From positions 29,536,001 to 29,600,000 of the forward strand of contig CP068257.2 in assembly GCA_009914755.4 (NCBI GenBank): DNA of 64,000 bases, written 5' to 3'. Shown here piece after piece: positions 18,721-37,697 of this stretch (position 1 is the first letter of the stretch; each line of letters opens with the position of its first letter). Position numbers and translations under genes: made by a program. Under the pieces are notes generated by a model. The model worked only from the letters and a program-made list of their open reading frames with translations. It was not told the DNA's origin and made no database searches. This stretch comes from the human T2T-CHM13v2.0 reference genome, Homo sapiens.

Positions 18721-18807
18721 CTTTCTTGGAAGCTAAACCGGTTTCCTTCACACTATTCACGTACAGCCTTCGAATACCATCTTCTTCCACAGAAGAAAGT
18801 GAAAACC
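18721..18807 (-). CDS. TIAM1: TIAM1 coding exon (first half of the PDZ domain), 87 nt, phase 1/1
   Basis: Minus strand: acceptor ttgtgtttcacag|GG, donor CAAGAAAG|gtaagt. Encodes (G)FSLSSVEEDGIRRLYVNSVKETGLASKK(G). The frame carries over from the previous exon. Confidence 0.88.
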
Positions 18808-20289
18808 CTGTGAAACACAAAAAGACAGAATGGCAGGGCTCACACCTTCTGAATGTTTAGCAAACAACAGGAAGTGCCTGCTGTGAACTAGGTATGTTTC
18901 ATGTTTGTCATTATAGTTTGGACTGATTGTTTTTTCTTGTTTTACATAGCAGAAAAGTGTATTTTTAGATCACTCTGGAAGTCACTACTTGTAAAAATAA
19001 AGATTACTATGTACGTCTATCTTCATATTACCTACCAATCAACTCAAAGGAAAGCAAATTATTTTGTTTAATCTTGCTTCCTGGTAAACGCCATCATTTT
19101 TTCTTTTCCATACTCTCCTCCAAAGCAGAAAACAGAAAGATTAGCTTACCTCAAAGTCCCCAGACGTTTTTCATCAAATCTATGTCCTAGAATATGTTAA
19201 CAACTGTACTGTTGGAGGGTGTGTGTTCATCCATATGTATGACTATATGGACACTGCTTTAATACAATTCTGCAAACAGGAGCAAGATGCAACTCACATT
19301 ACGAATCTGTAATGTGAATTACACATTACAGAAACTGTACCTGATTTCACACTCTAGCAGTATCTGATCATAAGATTATCTTATACTTCTCTGGGCTCCC
19401 AGAGCTCAAAGCCAACTTGCTAATTAACCCTGGGCTCTGCTACATACTTCAGAGAGGAAAGCAGAGTGAGGCCGAGGTATTCTACGTGGCTTGAGGATCC
19501 TAGGTACTCAAAACTCTATGGTTACAAGTCCTGGTCACTCCTGTTTCCAGACCGCCTCATGTAAAACTCTTTCCTAATCAATTACTTTGAATGTCCACAG
19601 TGAATACCTACTTTGCTAAGGGAAAGAAATACCTTTGCAGATATTTCTAAAAAGGGCAAGGGGAACACATGTCATTGTATATATCTGCAATAATTTCAGC
19701 TCTGGGAAAAAAATCATCCCATAATATAGATACCCATCGTAATGCTGAGGGGAGAGCAGTGGTTGAAAAAAAAACAAGCAGGCAAATAGCAAAACAGAAT
19801 TTTGTAAGATTGGGTTCCAGGGAGTCATTGAGCCTTTTTAGGCCATGTCATGATGAACACATGGTTTTTTGTTTAGTTTACAGGACCAGGAAATGGATAA
19901 CCTCACATAGGCAAAAAGGCTAATTGCCATCGCCCTCTCAAGTACCGTAACACCCTCAGATAGGGAACAGCAGAGGGCCACCCGTGAGGACTTTCCAAAG
20001 TCTTCATTTCATTCTCTTATTTTAAATTCTCTTCTTTCAGCAACTTCTAACTTTCAGATTAAGTGTCAAGAAGCCCTGCTGAAATCAAAATATTTTTACA
20101 CAAGAACCATTTAAGTTACATTAGCCTTAACACAGGTGTATTTATCTGCATTTTAGTGGAAATTAAAAAAAAATCTATTAGGCGAGATAGAATCAAGGGC
20201 TACGTCATAGGAAAGAATGAATAGGATTCATCTAACTATTGGAATTTCCTTTTTGAAATGCCATCATTCTACTACATTCTGAGACCAAT

Positions 20290-20592
20290 TTTTTTGTTTG
20301 TTTGTTATTAAAGAGACAGGGTCTTGCTCTGTCCCCCAGGCTGGAATGCAGTGGTGTGATCATAGCTCATTGTAGCTTCAAACTCCTGGATTCAGACAAT
20401 TCCCTACCTCATCTACCAGAAGACCTGGGACTACATGTGAGTGCTACCATGCTTGACTGATTTTTTAATTTTTTTTAGAGATGGGGTCTTACTATGTTGC
20501 CCAGGCTGGTCTCAAACTCCTGGCCTCATGCGATCCTCCCACCTCAGCCTCTCACAGTGTTGGGATTACAGGCTTTCACTACTGAGCCTGGC
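20290..20592 (-). mobile_element. Alu SINE, AluJ-like
   Basis: Starts tttgtttgtttgttattaaagagacagggtcttgctctgtcccccaggctggaatgcagtgg and ends ...gggattacaggctttcactactgagcctggcc. Confidence 0.85.
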
Positions 20593-20760
20593 CCCAGTTT
20601 TTTTTCTATTAAAAAATTAGCACCCCTGTGGGGTACCAGGAAACACCTTTGCTTAACTGGAAGATGGCAGGAGAGGCAACATGGTGACAGCCTGCTGCAA
20701 GTCACCTGAAGCCAAGTAGATGGAGACATGGAGACACCTCAGGTATGATTTGCTCCATTC

Positions 20761-21121
<361 letters not shown>

Positions 21122-21844
21122 TAGAGGAGACTTCCAGTCTGAGGACTGCAATTGATTATGTAATTTGTACCAGACAACTGGGTAAAAAGACTAGGTCTGA
21201 GAAACAGATCAGACATCTCTAATTAGTGGGGAAATCTCTATGATAGGAAAGAGGATGGAAGAAACGATAATGGGCATAAGTTCCTTCTTTGAAGATCACC
21301 CAAATGAAAGCCAAAAATTTACAAAAGTGAATAGCACATTAGCTCTGTACTGGAATTCATATTGGACACCAGTTTAGGGGTCAAACAGGAGCCCCTTTCA
21401 CTGTTCCAGGTAGGCAGCCCTCCCCACACCTTGCCTTGCAACAAACATGTGAGCGGCTTCCATTTAAAGATGCCAATACTTTGCACACTGGGGGAAAACC
21501 TTATAACCATCTTCTACATGAACAAATATAAAGAAAATTATGAAATATCCTACAGCTGGATTATGTGGAACTGAATGAAGAACATAATGATTTTAACAGT
21601 TAATCAGCAAAGTCAGATCTATTTCTTTTAAATAGGACAGCAATGTTCTAACTCTCAGCAGACAACTCTAATATCGTCCAAAATGATTGCCAACAGGGGG
21701 CAGAGGGAAATTATTCAATATAAACCTATGTATCCACCAACTGGAAGGCTGTTAGCTTCAAATACAGGAAGGGATCATGAGTGGCAACTGGAATAATGAT
21801 CAGGAGAACGAAGGAAGTGCTTAAAATTAAGTGATGAAACTAAG

Positions 21845-22138
21845 GTCGGGCGTGGTGGCTCATGCCTATAATCCCAGCACTCTTGGAAGGCTGAGGCGGG
21901 AGGAAAGCATGAGCCCAGGAGTTTGAGACCAGCCCTGGCAACACAGTGAGACCCTGTCTCTACAAAATTTTTTTTAAAAAATTAGCTGGGCATGGTGGCA
22001 CGTGCCTTGTAGTCCCAGCTACTTGGGAGGCTGAGGTGGGAAGGATGGCTTGAGTCTAGGAGGTTGAGGCTGCAGGGAGTCATGATCCCACCACTGCATT
22101 CCAGCCTGGGCGACAGAGTAAGACCCTGTCTCAAAAAA
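21845..22138 (+). mobile_element. Alu SINE, full length
   Basis: Starts ggtcgggcgtggtggctcatgcctataatcccagcactcttggaagg and ends ...gcctgggcgacagagtaagaccctgtctc followed by A-rich tail. Confidence 0.9.
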
Positions 22139-22868
22139 GAAACTAAGAACAAACTCATGAGATGAACCACCAAAAGATTCCTCAACCTAGAAAAACCATA
22201 ACATGATAAACAATAGAGAATTACTCAAAACTAGAGTCCAGGATACAATGAAAATTCAGATAACAAGCACAGGCACCTATAACATGAGGAGAACACACGA
22301 CTAAAAAATATAATAGTACTAGAAGTACCCAGAGAAAAGGAACATTAAGTTGCTGAAATGACGCATCCTTCTACTTCAAGGCAGCCGAGGGTCTCATGCT
22401 TAGTCTAAGTATCATGTAACTGGATATGTGAACTAATTTCAACAGTAAAGTGTGGGAGTGAGCTGAGGGCTGAGATGGAGAGAGAGGCAAGAGAGAGAAA
22501 TTAAGTAAATGTTCCCGCTTTAAGTGTGTTCAGTCAGTTGGATTATTAAATTATATTCTCCTCCCTAAAGTGTTCTAAAATAGAAAGCAGCATATGATCT
22601 GTATTGTGAGGTGTTTCTGTGTTTGTGCCGGCAGCTTTTACTTGTACTGAACTCAGTATCTAACCAGAAGCCACTTAGCTAGGTGTTAATATTAGATACA
22701 GATGGGCTGAATTTCGACTCTGCGGTAGCTTTTAATCCAGAGGCAATCAGATCTCTGAGGACTGGGGGAATGTTTCACCTCTTCAATCAATACGCTGCTG
22801 GAACATCAAATGCCAAAACCAACCCGAGCACGGAGAAGAAATGATTTAACTGAGCTTATTAGCCATGA

Positions 22869-23174
<306 letters not shown>

Positions 23175-24022
23175 TGTGGCAGGGCTTTTCAAAGTGAAGT
23201 CAGGGAACAGGTGCCAACTGTTTGCTAATGGCAGTAATGTCAGGACAGAAATCAAGACTAAGCATTGAGAACCTCTTGTAGCTTTGACATTGCCACAACC
23301 TCCAAGCATGGGATTTTGTATTTCACAAAAGCAGCAGTGGTCACAAAAGAGTGGAAATTAAAACAAAACAAAATACCTGCTTCTTTACATCGGATGAGTT
23401 GGGAAGCACTGTTTGTAACACTCTCAAGACTGACGCCTGGTGCCCTGTCATACCCTCCTCAGGGGGTAAAAGTAAATGGGTTCTGTGAGTAATTCAGTGA
23501 CTTTAACAAAAAGTATTAAAATGTATACAAACGGTAGCAGTTTCATGCCCAGTTCCAATTTCTGAGTCCCTGAATCACTCAATCTTAGAAGCAGAGTCCA
23601 AGAGCTTTGAAATTCAGCCTTCTGAACTTGATCTTTGCTAGTTTATCCTTACTCAACAAAAATTAAGTAAACTGAAGAGAAAAAGAATAATCATTATGGA
23701 GCATCTAATTTTGGAGGATCCAGGCACTTCACTGCTACCAATTACAGCTCTAATTACTGAGGTCGGCTTTTTGCTGCATAATAAGCCGCTCATAAACATT
23801 TATTCCTTGCCATGAGAAACATTCTCCTGGCTTTATTATGTCTTTAGTTTTAAGGTCAAGAAATAAACAGCATAAAGTTATAACGCAAGTGGCCAGGGTT
23901 CAAAACTGGATTCTCTTCATTAGGCCCAAATCCTCTATTGAGTATTCCGAGATGAAGACTGGTGGCCTACAGGGGAAGGTGCAGAAGGAATGTAATATCC
24001 CAGTGCTCAGAAAAGAGTTTTA

Positions 24023-26000
<1,978 letters not shown>

Positions 26001-26944
26001 AGTTGTGAGTATGACCAGAGGCTGAGCTCTGTGGGTCTTCCTAGTGAATCAGCAAACCTAGGGATGGTCTTGGGGACCCCCCTACACACCACCAAAATAG
26101 TTCCTTTAACATTATTTGTATGGGAAGGGAGGATAATGTAGGATAATGGCTTACTTATTTTGAGATTTCTCAAAATTTATAGTTTTCGGGAGGGGGTGTA
26201 AAAGAATAATTCCTACATTACTAAGGTACATCATAGTATATGTTAAACAAAAATTATGGGAGGTCATTGTTGTGAACTGAGTTCCTGCATTATGCCCGAA
26301 AGGCCAGATCAAATAAAAATGGAATCACTCATGCTGGATGCCACATAATCAAACTAAAACTTTCAGGAAGCAAGTAGATCCCCAAACAGACCAGTTTTTC
26401 CTGAAAACATGAGATTCCGGTCTACCTGAGTCAACAAAATAAGTAGGTCCCCTCTGCTTTAACCCTTACAAAAAAGTAACCTGAAGTAAGCTAAGTTAAA
26501 CAATCAGTTTTCTTCTTCCACTGTTCTGTTTCCTTGTCGCCAACTTACAAACATCACTGTTCTGCCACTGCCCAGAGGGAGCTCTCATTCTATTTTGTAG
26601 AATGGAGGCTATCCCATGCATGAATCACAAATAAAAGCCAGTCAGATTTATAACTAAACTTGTTGTAATTTTATCTTTTGACATATAAAATAAGCTACCC
26701 ACTTCCTTTTTAGGACAGTAGAATCCCAGTAATTAAAGTTATGAAATTTAACACCAAAGTCTACATCGTACCCAGAGTAAATATCCCTGTTATTCCCTAG
26801 TGTGGCTGCCCTCCACAGAGCAGGAGCCAGATATACTATCTGTTTTAGATAGGACTCAAAGGCATTTTGTTGAACTGTAAATAAATGCATGCTTACATAA
26901 GAAATACTTTACCTTAAAACACAAACAAAGAAAAATAAACTTAC

Positions 26945-27026
26945 CGTAAGTATCAGCAGCTGTATCTGACTTCTCAATGTGGATGCTCTGAGTGACTTTT
27001 GGACAGATTTCAATTTCTTTGTACAG
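26945..27026 (-). CDS. TIAM1: TIAM1 coding exon (end of RBD and start of PDZ), 82 nt, phase 0 in and phase 1 out
   Basis: Minus strand: acceptor tttgtaactttcag|CTG, donor CTTACG|gtaagt. Encodes LYKEIEICPKVTQSIHIEKSDTAADTY followed by the first base of a Gly codon. Confidence 0.85.
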
Positions 27027-27589
27027 CTGAAAGTTACAAAGGGGAATCTAATTAGAATTTCATTATAACTAACTTTTAAAAATGGTCATCATTTCATAAA
27101 TCTATTTTTTCACAATTGATACTTACGTGAATTTGCACTTCACAATCTTATCATTAAACGAAACTCATTAAAAGTAAAAAGTAAAAGTAAAAACTTCCAG
27201 CTGTCGTCCTCAAACATAGCCACAGTTTGGTTTCTAAGTAATTCCTCCACATCACTCTGTCTGTCTATTCCTACCCAATGTCTATCACAGACCTGAAAAA
27301 TAATGCTAAAGTAATGGAGATCTCTAGTTGTGGGGAGAAAAAGTTTATTAAAATCAAGAAGAGGTTATAAAGATCTTGGTATGGAATTCATGGAAATAAG
27401 ATAAATCTCTATGCTTCCATTCAAAAAGTTCATCATAGTACAAATAAGTAGAGACAAATGATAGCATTGAAACAGAAAACAAATTACGTAAAGGAGGATA
27501 TTCTTTTTTTTAGCCACTGAACTGTATCGAAATTAGCTAGAAAACTGAAGTACACAAATTAATCAGCCTTCTAAAAGCCCAAGAAAGGA

Positions 27590-28995
<1,406 letters not shown>

Positions 28996-29061
28996 AAAAG
29001 GCTGGAAAAAGAGCTTTGTACAAAGTCAAGATAAGAATGATGCAGAGTTCACACATCATAA

Positions 29062-29388
<327 letters not shown>

Positions 29389-31253
29389 CGGATATTTCGT
29401 TTTCTTATGTCAAGATCTATCATCAAGACAATAACTTACAGAGTTCTGACCATGTGTCACGCCTCTCACGCTAACTCCATGAGACAAGCGTGATGTCCAT
29501 TTTACAAATAAAGGCAAGAGCCTAAAGAGAAAGTACTTTCCTAAATTCAGAAGACCAGTTCATACACAGCTGGGATTATGAACCCAGGTCTCACTGGCTC
29601 TAGAGCCGCATTCTTTCCACTACACTACGATGCCTCCCAGATCAGCCTTCACTGGAACACAGGGTATGAACGCAAAGGGAACCTACCCTCTTAGGTCAGT
29701 CAAAGGTTCAAATCCAAAATTTATAATAAAAACTCACAAACAAATAGATGTGTCAAATGCTCATATAGATTTTTAAAATTATTACTCTATCTTAAAATGA
29801 AAACCAATTTTGAGCCAAGGTCAATAACAAAAAACGTGGCCGTTAGCACTAAAGAGAAGTCTTGATGATTATCTAAACTTGCCCGTATCCCTGACCACAC
29901 AGCCATTCGTCCAGAAACGATTTTATTCAGGCAGGTAGAAAAGAGTGGCCAGTTTCTTCTCTTTATTTGCTTGGGGCATTTGAAAGGTCAGCATAATACT
30001 TGTGACTCAGGAGCCTGAGAAAGCGTTTGCTATAATAGAATGCCAAGGAGTGTGGGGGATAGGAACGTGGACAGGACAGCTTGGATCCTTTTAAACACCT
30101 CAATTTAATGCAATTTCCACCAAATGCAACGTGTCAAGGGCATGACTGAATGTGGTTTCAGTGTTATACTTTAGAAATGTTTCATACTGATACATTTACA
30201 AATGAGAAGAAATCAGTTATACTACTTTTTCATTCAGAAAATAGCCACCAAAACTCTAAATACTAAATTCAATAAGGTTTACAATGTATAACCTAACACC
30301 ACAAAATGCTCAAGGAAATGTTATCAACTACGTTCACTTCAACTTATCAGGAGCCTTACTTTTATTTTTTAAAACTTTAAGAGCCAAACCCTTCCTCCAG
30401 GTGGCAGTATATAACTGTTTGTTTTAATCATTTCCACAGGATCTAGTGGGACTAGAGCTTTGTGCATAATCTTTCCTATATTTTCATAATACTACTTCCT
30501 AGTTTTCTTTGAAATTAGTGTGAATATCACTGTGTCTTTTGCTGGTCTCAGACAACAACTCAGTATCATAAGACAGGCCCGCTGGCCACAACATCCTTAG
30601 GCTGGTTGGACTAAAGCCAGGTTTAGTGAACAAAACTAAAACTATATCTCAAGAAGCGTTTGTACTTTAAAATATATTTTCAATGCAACCACGATATCTG
30701 GAACTAGAAATCTGGAAATTCAGTAGTTTTATACATAAATGCACTTAATGATGAAATAGCTCACATCTTCCCTTTCTTTTATTAAATCAATAATGTTGCA
30801 ACTTTCCCTGTTTTCAAAAACTGGATGAGAAGATCACCAGATTTTAAGAAAAAAATTGCTTACCTAGGGCTCTTGAGTTCTCACAAAATCAGGATCATTT
30901 CTTTCTCTGTCTCCTTTGGGTGGCTTGGTCTGAGCCACCGTCACGCTCTTGCCTGACGATGACTCTCTACAGCCTTCTATGGGCCCTGGCTGCTCATCTT
31001 CTCATGCCCTATGGGCCCACTCATCTGCCATAGTGAGCCTTTCAAAGCCGACAATGCCCTTTCTCTCTGGGGTTTCCTATGGCACTTAGGCTCTACATGG
31101 CCTATCCTTTTTCCCTCCCCCCCACCATCTCCTGCATCCCCTCTTTCGTGCCCTCTCCGCCAATCCTCCTCAAACACCAGGTAAGCCACCTCCACCATGG
31201 CCACCCTCCCCCTGCCCAGGCCTTAGCCAGCTTTGTTCTCTCAGCCTAGAACA

Positions 31254-31550
31254 TTTTTTTTTTTTTTTTGAGACAGAATCTGGCTTTGCCACCCAGGCTG
31301 GAGTGCAGTGGCACGATATTGGCTCCCTGTAACCTCCGCCTCCCGGGTTCAAGCAATTCTCCTGCCTCAGCTTCCTGAATAGCTGGAACCATAGGCGTGT
31401 GCCACCATGCCTGGTTAATTTTTGTATTTTTAGTAGAGATGGAGTTTCAGCATGTTGGCCAAGCTGGTCTCGAACTCCTGACCTCAGGGGATCCACCTGC
31501 TCAGCCTCCCAAAGTGCTGGGATTACAGGCGTGAGCCACCATGCCTGGCC
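31254..31550 (-). mobile_element. Alu SINE, full length, with target-site duplication
   Basis: Poly-T followed by gagacagaatctggctttgccacccaggctggagtgcagtggcacg, ending ...ggcgtgagccaccatgcctggcc. Flanking direct repeat agcctagaaca. Confidence 0.9.
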
Positions 31551-31909
31551 AGCCTAGAACACTTGTCTGCAAAATACCTCTATGATTCCACTCCCTCTCT
31601 TCACTCACTCACCCTGTTCGAACATCACATTAAAAAAAAAAAAAAACACACAAAAAATAAATAAAATAAAATAGCAACAAGACCCACTGCAGATGTGCCA
31701 TCTCCCTCTCTCTACTTGCCCCAACTTCTTGTCTCTCCAGGCTTTGAACATTCCCTGACATATTACACATTCACATGTATTTTTACTTGTTTCTGCAAAC
31801 TTGAATACAGGTTCCACCAGAAGCAGAATTGTTTTGGTGTATCCCCAGTGCCTAGAACAGCTAGAGTAGTGCCAGGCATACAAATGCTAAATAAATATTT
31901 GCTAGATGA

Positions 31910-32120
<211 letters not shown>

Positions 32121-33971
32121 TTATCCTAAATGAATGTAGGCAACAAACATAGTAATAGTAGCAGTGCCTGTGACTCCGTCACGAATGGAAATCACAGTTA
32201 TTTTCATATCATGTTTTAGCTGCTGCTAGTGTCTCAAAATATTATTTATGCTCATCGTTACCTCAGAACAGTGGTAGCTATTAGATCTACTGCTAGGTCT
32301 TGTAATTTAATGGTCTAGCTATTAGGTCTATGTCTACCTATTAAGCCTTATAATTTAATAAGCTAATAAATAAGAACATATATTACCAATAATTCAAAAA
32401 ATATTTTTGAGAACTATTTCAATATATTTAGGGCACAGGTAAGCCTATGTATTCTATTTTACGCGATTGAAAATATCATTCTGAGAAGGGGTCTGGAGGC
32501 TCCACCAGGCTACCAAAAGTATCCAAAGGACAAAATAATTAAGAACCTTGGTTGAAACAGAGGTTTTGCAAGACTGTGGCATTTGCATCCTTACAGATCT
32601 ATGGGCTGGAGACCTTCTGCAACAGGCCAAGAAATAATACCATGGTCTCCCTGTACTTAAGATTCTTTTAAAATACATATATAGCTATCTGCATACAAAA
32701 ATTGTAGATCCAAACAGACTAAAGAGACCACACAATGGGCAAGGCTTAAAAATAATGAGTCCATACAATTTCAAAAACTATGTCTGAAGTACCTATACCT
32801 CTTATGTGAAAAATATGAGGAACATGGAACCTGGTTAGGCATGATCCCTATAATTCAGGATGCAAAATACTCATTAACCCCAAGATGCAAAATATATAAT
32901 CTAATAACTCTTCTAGTGTTAGCAGGAAAGCACTTCCCTTTTTTAAGTAAGAAAAAAGGGTTTTCTTTCCTTTACTCATACAGCAGCACCAAGACTGGCC
33001 TTTTCCCCAGGCCAGAAAAAGAATACATCAGCCCTCTCTGTTAAATGTACTGAACACAGAACAGTTACTGATTTAAGTGATAGTTGGAAAAGGGCTCATT
33101 ATTTTGATAATCTTCTATTGCATAACGTGCTATAAGTGTTACAAAAGCACACGCTCTCTTACATTTCCTTAAAAGCCCTTAAAGGGGCACAAGGTAACTT
33201 TTCAGATAACAGAAATGTTCCAAAGCATGATCACAGCAGTGGAAACAAGACTGTATACATTTGTCAAAACTCATTGGATTGTGTCCTTAAAGTTGGCAAG
33301 AGTTTCCTTAAATGTAAAGTATACCTCAATAAAGTTGACTAAAAACACAATTTCCTACTCATTTTTAAATCATGCTTCCCTTTTCCAAAAAGAGAATAAT
33401 ACTTGGGTTTAAATGTTCAGTTCCGCTTTCTGTGGTGAAACCCTCTCTGAAGTCACTGTTATTCACACATCCATGGCAAGCAGTCAGAGCCCCCAGAGGA
33501 ATGACTAAGAACAGAGAGAGCACAGGAACTCCAAAATAGAGGCGCCTTGCTCCCAAAATGTTTCTTTCCTGGAACTGACAAACGCACCACTTTGCTAAAG
33601 AGCAAAGAGCTTGTCACTGGGCTTACTGCAATAACAACCATTGTAATTTACCAAGTAAGCATATTATCTCTAATCTTTGTAAAATCCTAGAAATTAAGTA
33701 TTAGCATTTCATTTTTTTTTCTTGGCTAGTTCCATATGATTAGTAAGCAGGTCTGATTCAGAACCCCAGTCCCATAAGTATGTTCAAACTCAAATATATG
33801 TAAATGTCCCCGAGAAGCTATATAAATACAGTTCCAAAAGACTAGGACATAGATGGCAGCTTTTTTCACCCAACAAGATTTGATCCAGCAGTTTCAACAT
33901 GGCTACGGATGTCACACAAAATTAGAATTAGCACTGTTTTCTGTAACAACAACCAGCTGATTTTTAAGTCA

Positions 33972-34300
<329 letters not shown>

Positions 34301-34628
34301 AATAAAAATACTAAAATACAATAAAATAAAAGATTGCCAATGCAAGGAAAGCTAGTATTATAATAATGACTAAAGTTCTATCTAAGAGATAGCTCTAGAT
34401 TTTGATTTGTCATGATAGCACTGCACTGCTTCGTGCGTAAACAAAGGTGATCATTCCACTCTGGAATACTGAGCTAAGTAGGGCCATCTCCACCAACTTA
34501 AGGGCTATGAATGAAGCTCATTTATTTTTGAACTCGTTCCACTCCACCAACTACAATTAACACGAGAACACTCATAATTTGAAGATAATCTCCCATAAAG
34601 TGTGCTTGGACAACAGTCATAACATTAC

Positions 34629-34733
34629 CAGCTCATAGATGTCTTCCTCGGGCTGTGGAACATAGAGCTGCATTTTGTTTTCTATTAGAAATTTCAGGCG
34701 CAGGTAATGAGCAGAATGATCCAGTTGATGTGT
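34629..34733 (-). CDS. TIAM1: TIAM1 coding exon (middle of the Ras-binding domain), 105 nt, phase 0/0
   Basis: Minus strand: acceptor tctttctttcttttttgtcccag|ACA, donor GAGCTG|gtaatg. Encodes THQLDHSAHYLRLKFLIENKMQLYVPQPEEDIYEL. Confidence 0.85.
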
Positions 34734-34837
34734 CTGGGACAAAAAAGAAAGAAAGAAAGAAAATGTCTGTTCAATAGTAAATAGGCACAATTAGTTCTCC
34801 ACCAACATACGATGTATTCCTATGACCAATAGAGTTT

Positions 34838-34856
34838 GTTGTTGTTGTTGTTGTTG

Positions 34857-34858
<2 letters not shown>
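34838..34858. repeat. (GTT)n microsatellite
   Basis: gttgttgttgttgttgttgtt, immediately 5' of the Alu. Confidence 0.9.
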
Positions 34859-35143
<285 letters not shown>

Positions 35144-37404
35144 CAATAGAAATTTGATGCTGAATGGGGGTATAAAGTTTCTATACTTCTTAAAAAGTTT
35201 ACATCGTAAATGCAAAGTTTTAAAATAACTTTCATTGAACACACTGGTAACATTCCAAGGGTATCTTAGGATTCAATGGAAACAACTGACTCACATCTCC
35301 ACGCCTCCTTATTTGATTCATTGTGCTCTCTAACACTGGTAAAATTTTCAACACAACACAGCAGATCAAAAAGGTTCTTAAATATAACTTCATAGATAGG
35401 TGATTAAAGAAAAGGGTAACAAGAAAGGTAAGAAAATACTGTATTTACAATGAGAGAAAAAAGCTGTGCCCAGGCAAAGTTGTTTTTTTAACCACATAGG
35501 GACAGTGGGACAGTTGTTAACAGTTCATTTGCAAGCGAGTCAGTGTGAAGACAAGGCTTTTGGACTTCAATCTTATTTATATACTCCCCAAGTGAGACTC
35601 CCTCCAGGGGCAGTGCTAATAGGCGTGTGTCCAACTATGGAAACACACTGAATGACTCGCTCAAAGAAAACAATTCTAAAATTGAAATTTTCAAGGACCC
35701 TTTAGTCCAGGATGGAACAATAGATTTTTTCTTCCTGTCTAAAAAGTAATCTTTGAATTAATTTTGAGGAATAAGTAATAATACCAACATGGTTTTATAA
35801 ATCATTCTCAGTAGACAGTCAAGAGGATACAGGGAAAAAAAGAAAATGCTCTCCAAAAGTTACACAGCAACATGAAAATATATTGCTAGAGAGAAAATGT
35901 TTAAACCAAGTGATTTTTTTAAGCATCCTTATCTTTTAGGGGTACATCCTAAAGCGCTAATAGATAGAAATGATATAATGTCTGGAATTTGCTTCCAAAA
36001 CAAATAAGAGTTGGGGGTGGGAGTGAGTAAATCGATAAAACTTAATTTGATCATTACAGATGCTAGGTGATAGATACATGAGAATTTATTACATTGTTCC
36101 CTACTTTTATACAAATTGGACATTTTTCACAAAATAAATATAAAACCTCTTCACATTCAAAGCTCTGCAGGTGAGAATTATTTCAAAATAAATAAAGTTA
36201 ATTTTAACTGGTTCAGTACTCTTTCTACTTACCCCACCCTCAAAATAATATTTTTAAAGCCAAACTAACAGCATTCCAATAACCATTCCAGTAATATATA
36301 TTCAGTTACACTTAACGAACTCTTAGATACGCCAGACACCATGTGCAGTAGTGAGAATACAGAAACTAATACAACATAAATGCAGTCTTCAGGAGTGTCT
36401 GCAGCTGCAGGTAAAAGCTATGTAGATGTGGAAGGTGAGGCAGCAGTGGTTTAGCATTTTAAATAAATATGTACATGCAGGACAGGCAACCTGCATTCTT
36501 GTAAAAGCACATTTCCAGAAAGTGGAAATGAGTTCACTCTGAACACATAGCAGAAGGATAAAGTTTTCTATCAGTGATTCTTGGGAACCCCAACCTTTCT
36601 CCTCTCCTGAGTAATATGATAGTTTGCAGCCTGCTGTGCCAGACACAGATGCCATTCACCGAACATGTCCCAGTGCACCTGGCTTTTGTCCTTTCACTGC
36701 CTATATTTGAGACCAGATGCTCAATGTCTGACAGATCCAAGATTGTTGATGTCAAAGATAATAAGGCTGGAGGCGAAAGCCCAGGGAACATAAAACAGGA
36801 ACTTTTTAAGTGTGCTACTTACTGCTGGAGAATCATCAAGATAAATAAACAACAACAAAATACTAATATTTAGGGTGATGTGATGAGCAAGAAAAGTTTT
36901 CCTAAGAGAGATCGAAGCTGCAAATGTTTCCCACCTACCTGGGTCCTCACTGAAATCTTTAATTAGAAGCAAAAATTTTGGTTCACCATCTGTTTCCGAC
37001 TGAGGCGGAAGGGAAAGAAATGAAATTTCATGGGTTCTTAGTAACAGGAACAAATTCACTTGGAAACCTTATCATCATCATTAATAAACACTTTGTGGGC
37101 ACTCCTTAATGAGACTGCCACTGAAACAGACTGTCTTCCAGAAATCAGGCCAAAACAGCAACCTCACCCAAGAAGTTCTGGTTCCTGAAACTTCAGTGTG
37201 AGAGACAGCCCACTGTCAGGCACAAATAGCCTAAGGTGGTCCTGGTGTGGACTGCGGAGAACTGCAGCATCCCCTAAATGCTACAGTACTGAAAACATTT
37301 ATACAAACATGCAGAGAATGTCAAGGCACCTCACTTGAATTGTGTAATGCATTGCAGAGAACTAAAGAATGATAAATATAGCAATGGTAATAAGAATGAT
37401 TCTT

Positions 37405-37697
37405 GGCTGGGCATGGTGGCTCATGCCTGTAATCCCATCACTTTGGGAGGCCAAGGTGGGCTAGTTGCTTAAGCCCAGGAGTTTGACCAGCCTGGGTAAC
37501 ATGGTGAAACCCTGTCTGTATCAAAAATACAAAACTTAGCCACGCATGGTGGGGTGAGCCTGTAGTCCCTGTAGGCTACTCAGGAAGTTGAGGCGGGAGG
37601 ATTGCTTGAGCCTGGGAGGGCAAGGCTGCAGTGAGCTATGACTACACCACTGTACTTCAGCCGGGGGACAGAGTGAGACCCTGTCTCAAAAAAAATT
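37405..37697 (+). mobile_element. Alu SINE, full length
   Basis: Starts ggctgggcatggtggctcatgcctgtaatcccatcactttgggaggccaagg and ends ...cagccgggggacagagtgagaccctgtctc followed by poly-A. Confidence 0.9.
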
